Shown piece by piece: positions 8,802 to 18,577 of a DNA stretch of 64,000 nucleotides. The notes beneath the pieces were generated by a model. The model saw only the letters and a list, made by a program, of their open reading frames with translations. It had not been told where the DNA came from and ran no database searches. Numbering within the stretch: the stretch's first letter is position 1; each line of letters starts with the position of its first letter. The stretch is from an uncultured Collinsella sp. (GTDB lineage Bacteria; Actinomycetota; Coriobacteriia; Coriobacteriales; Coriobacteriaceae), in NCBI GenBank assembly GCA_934654835.1, contig CAKUGY010000003.1:115416-179415 (forward strand). Direction: 5' to 3'. The position numbers and the translations under genes were made by a program.

Positions 8802-10565
8802 ATGGCAGATCCCACCACCGATTACAACAATCAAGATCCCTTGGGTGACGAGACGGCGGTTGTCGATGAGGTTGAGGCCGCCGTCTCGGGCGCTCGCAAG
8901 AAGCCGCGCGCTGTCGATATGGTGCCCGAGGAGCCCGACGCGATGGCGCCGGACGAGGAATACCAGCTCACGCCGGCGGGTCGTCGTGAGCGCATTGGGC
9001 AGATCGTTCGCCTGATCAAAAAGTATCGCGTGTGGGATAACCTCACGCCGGTGCGCCTGCGTCGTCTGCTCGAAGAGCTCGGCCCCATGTTCGTCAAGAT
9101 GGGGCAGATTCTGGCCAACCGGTCCGAGATTCTGCCGCAGCGGTTTTGCGACGAGCTGCGTCGCCTGCGCTCCGACGTAGAGCCGGTGCCGTATGAGGTG
9201 GTGCTCCGCTGTCTGGAAGAGGAGTACGGCCAGCGCTTGGGGCAGATGTTCGACGCGATCGACCCCAACCCGCTCGGTAGCGCGTCGCTCGCGCAGGTAC
9301 ACCGTGCCCGCCTGGTGACCGGCGAGGACGTGGCCGTTAAGGTGCAGCGCCCCGGTGCGCAGCAGGTGATGGCTCAGGACATCGACATCATCCGTTCGGT
9401 GGTGCGCATCGTTTCCAAGTTCGTCAACACCGACCAGTTTGTGGACCTGCATGGCGTGGTCGAAGAGCTGTGGACCTCGTTTCGCGAGGAGACCAACTTT
9501 TTGGCCGAGGCCAAAAACCTCAACGATTTCTATGACTTCCATAAAAGCGTGCATGGCGTGTCGTGTCCCAAATCCTACCTGGACCTTTGCACCGAGCACG
9601 TGGTGGTCATGGACTACATCGAAGGCATCTCCATTGCCGATCCCGAGCGCCTGGTGGCTGAGGGCTATGACCTGGAAAAGATCGGCTCGGCGATTGTCGA
9701 GGACTACTCGACGCAGGTGCTCGACGACGGCTTTTTCCATGCCGACCCGCATGCGGGAAACATCATCCTCAAGGACGGCATTGTCTACTTTATCGACCTG
9801 GGCATGGTCGGGCGCATGTCGAGTCACGACCGCGGTATCGTCAAGGATATGATTTTCGCCGTGGCCGAGGGCGACGTGCCCAAGCTCAAGGATTCGCTCA
9901 TGCGCTTTGCCGTGACGCGCGGCGACTCGGCCGAGCTTGACCATTCGGCCTTTTTGTCCGACTTGGACTTTATCGTTGCCGACTTTGCGGGTCTTGATCT
10001 TAAGGACCTGGATATCGGCGAGTTTTTGACCTCGCTGCTAAACCTGGCGCGCAAAAACGACGTTGAGCTGCCGAGTGTGGTGACGATGTTCGCCCGTGGC
10101 ATGGTGACGCTCGAGGGCCTGCTGACCGAGTACATGCCCAACGTCAACATGATTCAGATCATCCAGACGCACATCAAAAACGAGAAGAGCACTTACGCGC
10201 GTATGCGCGACATGAGCCGTGATTTTGCGGCGAGTAGCTACCGAGCGGCAAAGGGTTCGCTCGAAGCGGCCGAGTACCTGGGGCTGGCGTCGCGCATGCT
10301 CACGCGCGGTCAGCTCAAACTGAACCTGCAGCTTATGAGTAGCGACAAGGCGCTGCGTCAGATAGGCGGCATCGTCGACCGCATGTCGATGGCCATCGTC
10401 ATCGCCGGCCTGTTTATCGGCTCGTCGGTGGTCTATTACGCGCGCATCGAGCCGGTTGTGTTTGGTATTCCGGTCATCGGCCTTTTTGGCTACGTGAGCG
10501 CGCTGGTGCTGGCGCTCATGCTGGGTCGCGAGATCTGGCGCAACAGCCACGGCGGCAAGCATTAA
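8802..10565 (+). CDS. ABC1/UbiB (AarF) family atypical kinase with C-terminal transmembrane helices
   Basis: Motifs FVKMGQILANRSEILPQRFCDELRRLRSDV, GSASLAQVHRARL, VAVKVQRPG, FFHADPHAGNI. Two hydrophobic helices near the C-terminus. Confidence 0.85.
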   Translation: MADPTTDYNNQDPLGDETAVVDEVEAAVSGARKKPRAVDMVPEEPDAMAPDEEYQLTPAGRRERIGQIVRLIKKYRVWDNLTPVRLRRLLEELGPMFVKMGQILANRSEILPQRFCDELRRLRSDVEPVPYEVVLRCLEEEYGQRLGQMFDAIDPNPLGSASLAQVHRARLVTGEDVAVKVQRPGAQQVMAQDIDIIRSVVRIVSKFVNTDQFVDLHGVVEELWTSFREETNFLAEAKNLNDFYDFHKSVHGVSCPKSYLDLCTEHVVVMDYIEGISIADPERLVAEGYDLEKIGSAIVEDYSTQVLDDGFFHADPHAGNIILKDGIVYFIDLGMVGRMSSHDRGIVKDMIFAVAEGDVPKLKDSLMRFAVTRGDSAELDHSAFLSDLDFIVADFAGLDLKDLDIGEFLTSLLNLARKNDVELPSVVTMFARGMVTLEGLLTEYMPNVNMIQIIQTHIKNEKSTYARMRDMSRDFAASSYRAAKGSLEAAEYLGLASRMLTRGQLKLNLQLMSSDKALRQIGGIVDRMSMAIVIAGLFIGSSVVYYARIEPVVFGIPVIGLFGYVSALVLALMLGREIWRNSHGGKH

Positions 10566-10715
10566 TGATTCTTTGGGGACGGAGGAAGACGGATCATTTT
10601 GCATAGGCCTCCTTCCTCATCCTTTCCTATCTCAAACCATAGCTTTTACCTTGGGCTTCGCCTGTGTGCGGGGCCCTTTTGCGTGCTACCATGATGACGG
10701 TAATAATCGATGGCC

Positions 10716-10890
10716 TAGATGGTGGTGCGGAGACGCACGAATGCGCGGTTTTCCTGCGCGTTTGGGAGAATCGGGGTGCAATTCCCCGGCTGTACCAGTA
10801 ACCGTAATTCCTCTTGGCCCGGGATGGTCGCGTCGCAGATCGGACGGCGCGCCCGGGTCGTTAAGGTTAAGTCGGATCGCCTCCCATCTT
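10716..10890 (+). promoter_or_regulatory. Cobalamin (B12) riboswitch aptamer, candidate
   Basis: The core TTGGGAGAATCGGGGTGCAATTCCCCGGCTGTACCAGTAACCGTAA (10761-10806) aligns with the conserved AGGGAA..GGTGcgAAtcCC..GCTG.C..CAgc.GTAA core of the E. coli btuB leader. There is a B12-box-like AAGTCGGATCGCCTCCC (10869-10885), a closing helix AGATGG (10717-10722) / CCATCT (10884-10889), and two small hairpins (10724-10738, 10742-10760) 5' of the core. Confidence 0.7.
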
Positions 10891-11032
10891 GCACGCGGCC
10901 GCGGCGCATGCCGCCGGTACGCGTTGGGCTCTGGAGGGAAGGGGGACCCCGATGGGGGTACTCGAGCGCAATGTGCGCGATGACGTGGGGCAGGCGCTGG
11001 GCGATGCTCCAAGTGCAGACAGTAGGAGACAA

Positions 11033-14000
11033 ATGGATATGTTTGAGGACGAGTGCCAGCGCGCCTCGTGGCGTCGCCATGGAGCGATTGCCCGCGGCGT
11101 AGCCAAGCGCGGCCTGGTGGCGTTCCTGGCTTTTGCCATGGCGTTTGGCACGACGCCTGCCCAGATGTGGGCCGACGGCGCCGAGGGCATTGCCGAGGCT
11201 GTGGCTGCTGCGACGGCTGGCGAGGGTTCGTCTGCTGCAGATGGTAGCACGGCCGATGCTGGTGCAGTTGGCGCTGCTGCTGATACCGCTGCTGGCCAGG
11301 ATGCATCAGCGAGCGCTGCGAACAGTGATGACGCCACTGCAAGCGACGCGATTTCCGCCGAGGGCCCTGCCGCAACGATTTCAGCTTCGGAGCAGGGAGA
11401 CGGGAATGCCGCCGTCGTCGCTTCTGCCACGACGCTCTCGGATGACGCCAAGGTCTATATCCAGGACACCAAGGATAAGGACAACTCGTATTCCACGAAG
11501 TCCGGCGCGCTCAAGGCAGGCGACACGCTTTGGGCCAATATGTACGATGAGGTCGAGACCGAGGACGCTTGGGGCGATTTCACTACCGAAACTCAGTCTG
11601 TCGCCAATCCGGGCACTTGGACCTACACTTGGCTCGCCGGCACGGTTAAGTCGAGCAACAACGTCGCTGACTATACCGAGGTCGTAGGTAACGAGCAGTC
11701 GCTTGCCGTTACCGATGCGATGGTGGGCAAATACTTCATCTGCAAGGTAACGGCGGACGGCAAGGATTACTATGGTCCGTCCGTCTCTTACGGCTCGGGC
11801 ATCAACGCCAATTACATCCCCGGTCCCGTGCTGGGCGCCGGCCAGGCGAGCCTCTACTCCGTCAAGCTGAGCAATTCTTCGCCGGCCGTTGGTGACGAGG
11901 TCACCGCGACGGCATACACTGCGTACAACACGCCTGCTTCGAGCGACGCCAAGGTGACCTACACCTGGTACGAGTCGACCAACAAATACTCCGGCTGGAC
12001 CGAGATTAAGGGCGCGACAATCGCCACCCTCACGGTAACCGACACCCTTGAGGGCAAGTATCTCAAGGTCAAGGCAAACGCCGGGGTAAACGACGTTGAG
12101 GCCACGACAAGCGACGCCGTGCTCAAGGCCGGCGCGGTCAAGCTCGCGGGTGTCGAGCTCTCCGCGCCTTCCACTGAAATCGGCGCGACCGTTACGGCCA
12201 AGGCATACACCGGCTCGAGCTCCAGCCCCTCCTACGTCGACAACTCCAAGGTCACCTACACCTGGAAGAAGTACAAGGGCACCTCGGCGCCCAGCAGCTC
12301 CACGAAGTGGGAGATCATCGAGGGCGAGTCCGGCCCGACGCTTACGGTGGCCGACGACCTCGAGGGCTACTACGTTAGCGTCTCCGCCAATGCGGGCGCG
12401 AACGATGTCTCGTTCGGCAGCTGGTCGACCGGCTATGGCGTGGGCCCCTTCAAGCAGGCCGGCGCCGTGGACATCTACTCCGCCATCCTGGCCCCTGCGG
12501 GTTCGACCTCGGGAACCTACGTCTATACCGTTGAAGACACAGTCCAGGCTTTTGCTAAAGAGAAGGGCGCCTCCGATTACATCGATGCGTCCAAGCTGAA
12601 CTATCAGTGGCAGGTTTCGGACAAGAAGAACGGTACCTACACCGACATCGAGGGTGCGACGTCGAGCACCCTCGAGCTCGCGGCTTACGAGGGCAAGTCG
12701 GTTCGTTGCCACATCACCTCAAAGATCGGCAATAGCGAGTACAACACCAAGGGCACGAGCCTTATCGGTGCTGCCGGCTCCATCAGCATCACGAAGGTCA
12801 CGCTTGACCGCACCGGCGAGGCGACGGTCGGCCAGAAGATTACCGCCTCCGCGAAGTCGGGCTCCGACGACGTGACCTCGAGCCCCAAGGTTACCTGGTC
12901 CTGGTACTACGGGGACTCCCCGAGTACCTGCGACACGAAGATCGAGGGCGCGGACACCAACTCCTTAACGCCCGACGCGGCGCTGGCGAACAGGTACGTC
13001 CAAGCGCACGCCAACGGCGGCTTCGGCGACGAGCAATCGAGCGCGCTGCCCGTTGTGGAGGCCGGTGCGGTTGATCTCTACGGTGTGACGGTTACGGGTG
13101 CTCTGGCATCCGGACAGGTCGCTGCGGGTAAGGTCCTGACCGCGAAGGCGACTAAGGGCAACTCCTACACCAACGTTTCCGCGACGGATACGGTCCACTA
13201 TCAGTGGCAGTACTCCAACGACAAGAGCTCCTACGACAGCCACTTCGTCAACATCCCCGACGCGGCCGACTCCGCTACGTATACGCCGACCAACGACATG
13301 GTGGGCAAGTACATCCGCGTAATTGCCACGAGCAAAAACTCGGTCAAGAGCACCGAAAAGAAGAGCACCTACGGCGGCACGCAGTCCGTCGACCCCGTTG
13401 GTCCCGTGGCGCTCGCCGGCCAGTACAAGCTCAAGTCCGTCGCTCCCAACGAGGCGTCTTCGACGACGCTTTCTGTGGGCACTACGCTCACTCCGCGCGT
13501 GAAGATCCCCGGCTCCTCGAGCTGGTCCGATTCCGATCTGCCCGAGGACGCTAAGCTCACGCTCGCTTGGTATGCCAAGGGCGAGGGCGATTCGGACTGG
13601 GTCGAAGTCACCGAAGGCATCGACACCGAGACCGGCGCGCTGACGCTCAACGATTCCCTTGTTGGCAAACGCATCAAGCTCACTGCTTCCGCCCTCGATA
13701 ACACGGTTGAGTGGGTTTCCTCCGATAGCGTTACCGCGGCGGGGGAGTACAGCCTGCTGCGTGTGATCACCACCCCGCAGATCAACAGCGAGTCGACCCA
13801 TCTGGTTTCGGGCGATAGCGTTAAGGCGACGGTGCAGGCCAAGCGTGCCGATGGTTCGACCACCAACGGCATCGACGTGACCGCTCAGACGACGGTTGCT
13901 TGGTATGCGGCTGACGATGCGAAGGCTGCGGCGGCCGACTGGACGCTGCTGTCCGACATGTCGGGCGTCGAGGCAACGGTCTCGGCCTCCGCTGATGGCA

Positions 14001-17000
14001 AGTATCTGAAGGCTGTCGCTACGAGTGGCAGCTCGACGGTCGAGCTCATCTCCGCTAACAAGGTTATCGCCGCAGGCTCGCTCGAGGCTGCAGTCCAAAA
14101 GCTCACCGATGCCAACAAGCAGATTGTTGTTGATTACAACGCCAAGGGCGGCAACGTCAACGATGTCCTGAAGGCGCAGCTTGCCGAGCTTGGCTTTGAT
14201 GGCGTTGACGTTAAGGTCGTCGGGGACGGTGTTGCCTTCAAGGCCGAGGATGCCAAGGCTACGGTCGCCATCTCCGATGCCCAGGACAAGACCAACGGCG
14301 ATGTGACATTCTTCTACATCGATCCCAACGACTACACCGGCTACAACATCGACGGCCTGCGCAGTGCGGATGTGGTGTTTGAGCTGTCGCGTGGCGATGA
14401 GCTCGAATACTACCAGCCCAACAAGACGGTGCAGGTTGCTTGGGACGAGGCTCGTGTGCAGCAGATGCTCGACGATGCTGCCGAGCAGGTTGCCATCGGC
14501 TATGCTTCGGGCGATTCGGCCGAGTCCGTCACGTCCAACCTCACGCTGCCGTATCGCGCGGGTTCCAAGAGCAAGTTCGAGGTCAGCTGGAAGAGCTCCG
14601 ACGGCGATGTTATTTGGCCGTCCGGTTATGGCTGGAGTGACTACACCGGCAAGGTTACGCGCGCCTCGAGCGATCGCGCCGTTACGCTGACCGCGACCGT
14701 TTCGTTTGTGAGCGGCGGCCCGTCTGACGTTAAGGGCACGCACGACTTCACGGTGACCGTCAAGGGCGATCCCGAGAAGGTCGCTGCCGACAAGAAGGCG
14801 CTGCAGGAAAAGGTCGATGCGACCTTCACCTACGACAACATCAAGTACTCCGGCACCGACACGGTTGCCGACAAGGACGGCCTGACCGCCGACCTGCAGA
14901 TGCCGCGCACGAGTACGCTCAATATCGACGGCAAGTACTACAAGGTTGAGTACTCTGCAAGCACCGACGACATCACGTTCAACGGTTATAAGGGCACGGT
15001 CTACCAGCCGCTGCCCGGCGCTAAGGCTGCGAACACCAAGATCACCCTCACGGTGACCGACAAGTCCAACGCCGAAGTCACGGCCAGCAAGACCCTCGAC
15101 TTTGCCATTGCTCCGCAGAACCAGAAAGAGCTCGATGCCGAGCTGTCTCTTATGGAGAAGGCAAAGGCCGGCTACGCTGCTGCCATCCTGAATGGCCAGG
15201 ATGCCAATGCCGTTTCGGCCGACATGCACGCGTTCCAGAAGGCCTATCTTGATGCCGATGGCAACCTGGCCTGGAGCTACGACAAGACGACGACCGATTC
15301 GACGTCCCTCGGCATTGTTCCGGTTGACCTGCCTGGCTATGACGCGATGTCTGGACAGGACTGGCGCCTGTTTAAGTCGAGCAACAGCTCTATTGTTTCT
15401 GCCGAGAACCTCAAGGTCACGCAGCCCGAGTACAACACGAAAGTTGTCGTTTCCTCGCGTCTGACGAGCGAGAAGTATGCTCGCTATGCCGAGCGTTATC
15501 CCGATAACGCCACGTATGCCAAGCTCGCTAATCAGGATGTTTCGGCAAAGATCACGGTTCTGGGCACGAGCGGTCAAAACAGCCCGGAGGTGACGGCGAC
15601 GTGCTCCGTCATCGGCATCGATGCCAAGGGCAAGCAGCAAACATGGGCTGCCGCGTCGCAGTACACGCTTAAGAATGGCGCGACTGCGGCAGATCTTTCC
15701 GAGGAGCTCTTTAAGCAGGCCGGCCTCAAGGCCGACTACGACCCCAACGGCTCTTGGGGCTGGGTGCTCAACTCCATTACATCGCCTTTCGATGCTGACC
15801 GCACCCTTGCGTATGACTACGCTACGGGTGCCTACTGGCAACTGTTCATCAACGGCGTCGCGGCGTCGGTTGGTGCCGGCGGCTACACCCTCGAGGCGGG
15901 CGACTCTATCGTCTGGTGTTACTCGAAGTACGGAGACCCTGCACCCACCGACCAGCTTTCAGTAAGTTGCACCGTTATCGGACAGGACGCCTCGGGCGCT
16001 CAGCAAACGTGGGCGCAGCCTACGACTGCGCTGGTGGAAGAGGGCGCGACCGCTGCCGATCTTTCCGAGCGAATCTTTAAGCAGGCTGGCATTGGCGTCG
16101 ACGCCCAGACCGGCTCGTATGGTTGGTTCCTCAATTCGCTGACTTCTCCGTTCGATAAGAACGTGAAGCTTTCGACCGTACAGGTCGACGAAAGCACTTG
16201 GAAATCTTGGCAGTTCTTCGTCAACGGCAAGATGGCCAACGTCGGCGCAGGCAATTACACACTCAAGGCCGGCGACGAGGTCACCTGGGTCTATGGCTCT
16301 GACGGCACCATGCCTGGTCAGGTCGCCGTTTCGATGGAGATCATCGGCAAAAAGGATGATAAGGCTCAGCGTTGGACCGATCCTTCGACGCAGGTGTTCG
16401 TTGAGGGCACGACGATTAAGGACGCCTCTGCCGCCTACTTCGATGCTGTTGGCATCAAGTCCGAGATGTACGACCAGCAGGGCTATTGGGGCGTTCACAG
16501 CCTTGTCTCTCCGCTTGACGATACCAAGCTGGCTGGCGCCTGGTCGTTCTTTGTAAATGGTGTCCCTGCAAATCAAATCGATAGTGACTATGTACTCAAG
16601 TCGGGTGACTCGATCGTCTGGGCTTTTGCTGCCGGCGACACGGTTCCCAATCCTGATGAAGTCGTCGTGGATCCGAGCGCTCCGCGTCCGACCGATTGGA
16701 AGTCCGACTGGGATGGCAAGTCCAACGCGGCAGTCGAGAACGTGTCCACGCCTACGGGTGCGCTGGCAAGCTCTTGGACGTTCGATTGGAAGGCCTACTC
16801 GGGTGCCACATACCCCAATGCGAGCGAGCCTATCGTCGTGAACTGCAACGTGTATCTCGCCGTCAACAAGCGTTTGCTTAAGATTGATGCCGAGTCGGGC
16901 AAGGTGCTTGCCGAGTCGAATCTTAAGACTGCGATTGGCTACACAACGCGTCCGATTTATACGAACGGCTTAATCATCGTCCCGCTCGACGGCGGTGCGG

Positions 17001-18577
17001 TCCAGGCTCTGACGGCCGACACGCTCACGACGGTTTGGGTTACCGACCCTGTGAGCAAAACTGCTCAGTCGAATTCTCAGCTGACGGTCGATGGTAACTA
17101 TCTCTACGTTGGCACCGTTGATGTCGACTTTGGAACGAGTACGTACAATAACGGTCATTTGACGCGTATTAACATCCTGACCGGCGCTGTTTCTTGGCAG
17201 CATGTTAATGCTGATGAGGGCTATTATTGGACGGGCGCCACGGTTGGCAGCGACTACATTCTGGTTCCCACCAGCTCCGGTACCGTCGAGATGCTCAGCA
17301 AGTCTTCGGGCGCTGTGCTTGGAAGCGTCTCAGTTGGGGCTATCGTCAACTCCTCCTGCGTGCTCTCCACTGACGGCAGCCACGCTTACCTGATTTCGCG
17401 CGACGGCAAGCTGCACGTGCTGGCGATTTCTGACGGCAGTTCGCGTGATGCGGATGCCGCCTCACGTCTTACCGAGGAGCGTGTGATTGACCTTGGCCTT
17501 ACCGGCTGCGCGTGCATACCTACGCTGTATGACGGCAAGCTTATCGTTGGCGGCGAGGTTTCTGGTGGATCTGCGCTGGCCATTGTCGACCTGGAGAACG
17601 ACTTTGCTTCGACACTAATCTCGTCTGCCGATGGTTCCGCGCTTCCCGCCGGCGGTATTAAGGGCGCTCCGTTGGTGAGTGCTCAGGCAGACGGCACGTA
17701 TGTGTACTTTACGGTTAACTACGGTGAGACCTCCGACTACGTGAATTGCACGACGGGCGGTGGCGTCTATCGCTACAAGCTGGGCGATGCCGAGGCGTCT
17801 GGCGTGTTTAGCGCGACGGGTCACAATAACTATTGCGACTCGCCGGTCGCCTGCGATGCCAAGGGCAACCTGTACTACATCAACGACTCCGGCACGCTGT
17901 TTAAGCTGAACGCTGGCGTCAAGGTTTCGTTTAACGCTGGCGAAGGCTCCAAGGTCGATTTCCAGACCACGGCTGCCAACGGCTCTGTTGCTAAGCCTGC
18001 CGATCCGACGCGTGAGGGTTATACCTTTGGCGGCTGGTACACCGATGAGGCTTGTACGGAGGCATATGACTTTAGCACGCCGGTGGCGGCTGATATGACG
18101 CTGTATGCCAAGTGGGTCAAGAAGGCTGCTGACAATAACGGCGGTTCTGGCAACAATGGTGGCTCCAACGGCAATGGCGGTTCTGGCAATGCCGGCACCG
18201 GCGCTGGTTCTGGTAGCGGCACGAATGGCCAGCAGACTGGCGGTGCCGTTTCGCCCGGTCAGAAGCCGGTGTCTACTACGACCACTACGACTGAGGCCAA
18301 GGACGACAAGAATTCCAAGAAGGATTCCGACAAGTCCGACAAGAAGGACGGCAAGAAGTCTGACAAGAAGGACGAGAAGTCCAGCAAGTCCGGCTCCAAG
18401 TCCGACAAGGGCTCCGCTTCCACGACCACTGCTAAGAAGTCCGCTGAGGCCTCTGAGCAGGAGTCTGGATTCAACCCGCTCGCCATCGTCGGCATTGCAG
18501 CTGGTTTGATCGGCCTTGCCCTCATCGCCGTTTTTGTGCTGACCAAGCGCGGCAAGGGTGACGGCGATGTCCGATAA
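11033..18577 (+). CDS. Giant secreted, membrane-anchored surface protein: about 8 Ig-like repeats, three tandem transcobalamin-like (DUF4430-type) modules, PQQ/BamB-like beta-propeller, Listeria-Bacteroides repeat, K/D/S-rich spacer, C-terminal TM anchor
   Basis: Signal-like KRGLVAFLAFAMAFGTTPAQMWA. Repeats have the motif (K)VTY.W...(G)...L.V.D...GKY.KV.A (about 11600-14040). The three modules each end W.(L/F)F(I/V)NG....Y.L..GD.(I/V).W (about 15590-16660). Propeller-like repeats span about 16700-17900. VKVSFNAGEGS...REGYTFGGWYTDEACTEAYDF...TLYAKW lies at 17910-18115. The C-terminal helix is LAIVGIAAGLIGLALIAVFVLTKRGK. The start at 11033 has AGGAG 4 nt upstream; alternative starts are 10952 and 10889. 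Confidence 0.85.
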   Translation: MDMFEDECQRASWRRHGAIARGVAKRGLVAFLAFAMAFGTTPAQMWADGAEGIAEAVAAATAGEGSSAADGSTADAGAVGAAADTAAGQDASASAANSDDATASDAISAEGPAATISASEQGDGNAAVVASATTLSDDAKVYIQDTKDKDNSYSTKSGALKAGDTLWANMYDEVETEDAWGDFTTETQSVANPGTWTYTWLAGTVKSSNNVADYTEVVGNEQSLAVTDAMVGKYFICKVTADGKDYYGPSVSYGSGINANYIPGPVLGAGQASLYSVKLSNSSPAVGDEVTATAYTAYNTPASSDAKVTYTWYESTNKYSGWTEIKGATIATLTVTDTLEGKYLKVKANAGVNDVEATTSDAVLKAGAVKLAGVELSAPSTEIGATVTAKAYTGSSSSPSYVDNSKVTYTWKKYKGTSAPSSSTKWEIIEGESGPTLTVADDLEGYYVSVSANAGANDVSFGSWSTGYGVGPFKQAGAVDIYSAILAPAGSTSGTYVYTVEDTVQAFAKEKGASDYIDASKLNYQWQVSDKKNGTYTDIEGATSSTLELAAYEGKSVRCHITSKIGNSEYNTKGTSLIGAAGSISITKVTLDRTGEATVGQKITASAKSGSDDVTSSPKVTWSWYYGDSPSTCDTKIEGADTNSLTPDAALANRYVQAHANGGFGDEQSSALPVVEAGAVDLYGVTVTGALASGQVAAGKVLTAKATKGNSYTNVSATDTVHYQWQYSNDKSSYDSHFVNIPDAADSATYTPTNDMVGKYIRVIATSKNSVKSTEKKSTYGGTQSVDPVGPVALAGQYKLKSVAPNEASSTTLSVGTTLTPRVKIPGSSSWSDSDLPEDAKLTLAWYAKGEGDSDWVEVTEGIDTETGALTLNDSLVGKRIKLTASALDNTVEWVSSDSVTAAGEYSLLRVITTPQINSESTHLVSGDSVKATVQAKRADGSTTNGIDVTAQTTVAWYAADDAKAAAADWTLLSDMSGVEATVSASADGKYLKAVATSGSSTVELISANKVIAAGSLEAAVQKLTDANKQIVVDYNAKGGNVNDVLKAQLAELGFDGVDVKVVGDGVAFKAEDAKATVAISDAQDKTNGDVTFFYIDPNDYTGYNIDGLRSADVVFELSRGDELEYYQPNKTVQVAWDEARVQQMLDDAAEQVAIGYASGDSAESVTSNLTLPYRAGSKSKFEVSWKSSDGDVIWPSGYGWSDYTGKVTRASSDRAVTLTATVSFVSGGPSDVKGTHDFTVTVKGDPEKVAADKKALQEKVDATFTYDNIKYSGTDTVADKDGLTADLQMPRTSTLNIDGKYYKVEYSASTDDITFNGYKGTVYQPLPGAKAANTKITLTVTDKSNAEVTASKTLDFAIAPQNQKELDAELSLMEKAKAGYAAAILNGQDANAVSADMHAFQKAYLDADGNLAWSYDKTTTDSTSLGIVPVDLPGYDAMSGQDWRLFKSSNSSIVSAENLKVTQPEYNTKVVVSSRLTSEKYARYAERYPDNATYAKLANQDVSAKITVLGTSGQNSPEVTATCSVIGIDAKGKQQTWAAASQYTLKNGATAADLSEELFKQAGLKADYDPNGSWGWVLNSITSPFDADRTLAYDYATGAYWQLFINGVAASVGAGGYTLEAGDSIVWCYSKYGDPAPTDQLSVSCTVIGQDASGAQQTWAQPTTALVEEGATAADLSERIFKQAGIGVDAQTGSYGWFLNSLTSPFDKNVKLSTVQVDESTWKSWQFFVNGKMANVGAGNYTLKAGDEVTWVYGSDGTMPGQVAVSMEIIGKKDDKAQRWTDPSTQVFVEGTTIKDASAAYFDAVGIKSEMYDQQGYWGVHSLVSPLDDTKLAGAWSFFVNGVPANQIDSDYVLKSGDSIVWAFAAGDTVPNPDEVVVDPSAPRPTDWKSDWDGKSNAAVENVSTPTGALASSWTFDWKAYSGATYPNASEPIVVNCNVYLAVNKRLLKIDAESGKVLAESNLKTAIGYTTRPIYTNGLIIVPLDGGAVQALTADTLTTVWVTDPVSKTAQSNSQLTVDGNYLYVGTVDVDFGTSTYNNGHLTRINILTGAVSWQHVNADEGYYWTGATVGSDYILVPTSSGTVEMLSKSSGAVLGSVSVGAIVNSSCVLSTDGSHAYLISRDGKLHVLAISDGSSRDADAASRLTEERVIDLGLTGCACIPTLYDGKLIVGGEVSGGSALAIVDLENDFASTLISSADGSALPAGGIKGAPLVSAQADGTYVYFTVNYGETSDYVNCTTGGGVYRYKLGDAEASGVFSATGHNNYCDSPVACDAKGNLYYINDSGTLFKLNAGVKVSFNAGEGSKVDFQTTAANGSVAKPADPTREGYTFGGWYTDEACTEAYDFSTPVAADMTLYAKWVKKAADNNGGSGNNGGSNGNGGSGNAGTGAGSGSGTNGQQTGGAVSPGQKPVSTTTTTTEAKDDKNSKKDSDKSDKKDGKKSDKKDEKSSKSGSKSDKGSASTTTAKKSAEASEQESGFNPLAIVGIAAGLIGLALIAVFVLTKRGKGDGDVR

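Noticed and set aside
10889-11032. Longest possible start of the giant ORF (10889), or ATG at 10952
   Set aside because: The 10889 start abuts the 3' edge (P1 helix, ending about 10890) of the predicted riboswitch aptamer, leaving no expression platform or RBS. ATG 11033 has AGGAG upstream and gives a normal signal peptide. ATG 10952 cannot be excluded.
12965-15841. 958-aa minus-strand ORF (and several 100-440-aa ORFs) inside the giant surface protein gene
   Set aside because: The composition is R/G/V/L-rich and repetitive. The plus frame has coherent domain structure along its whole length.
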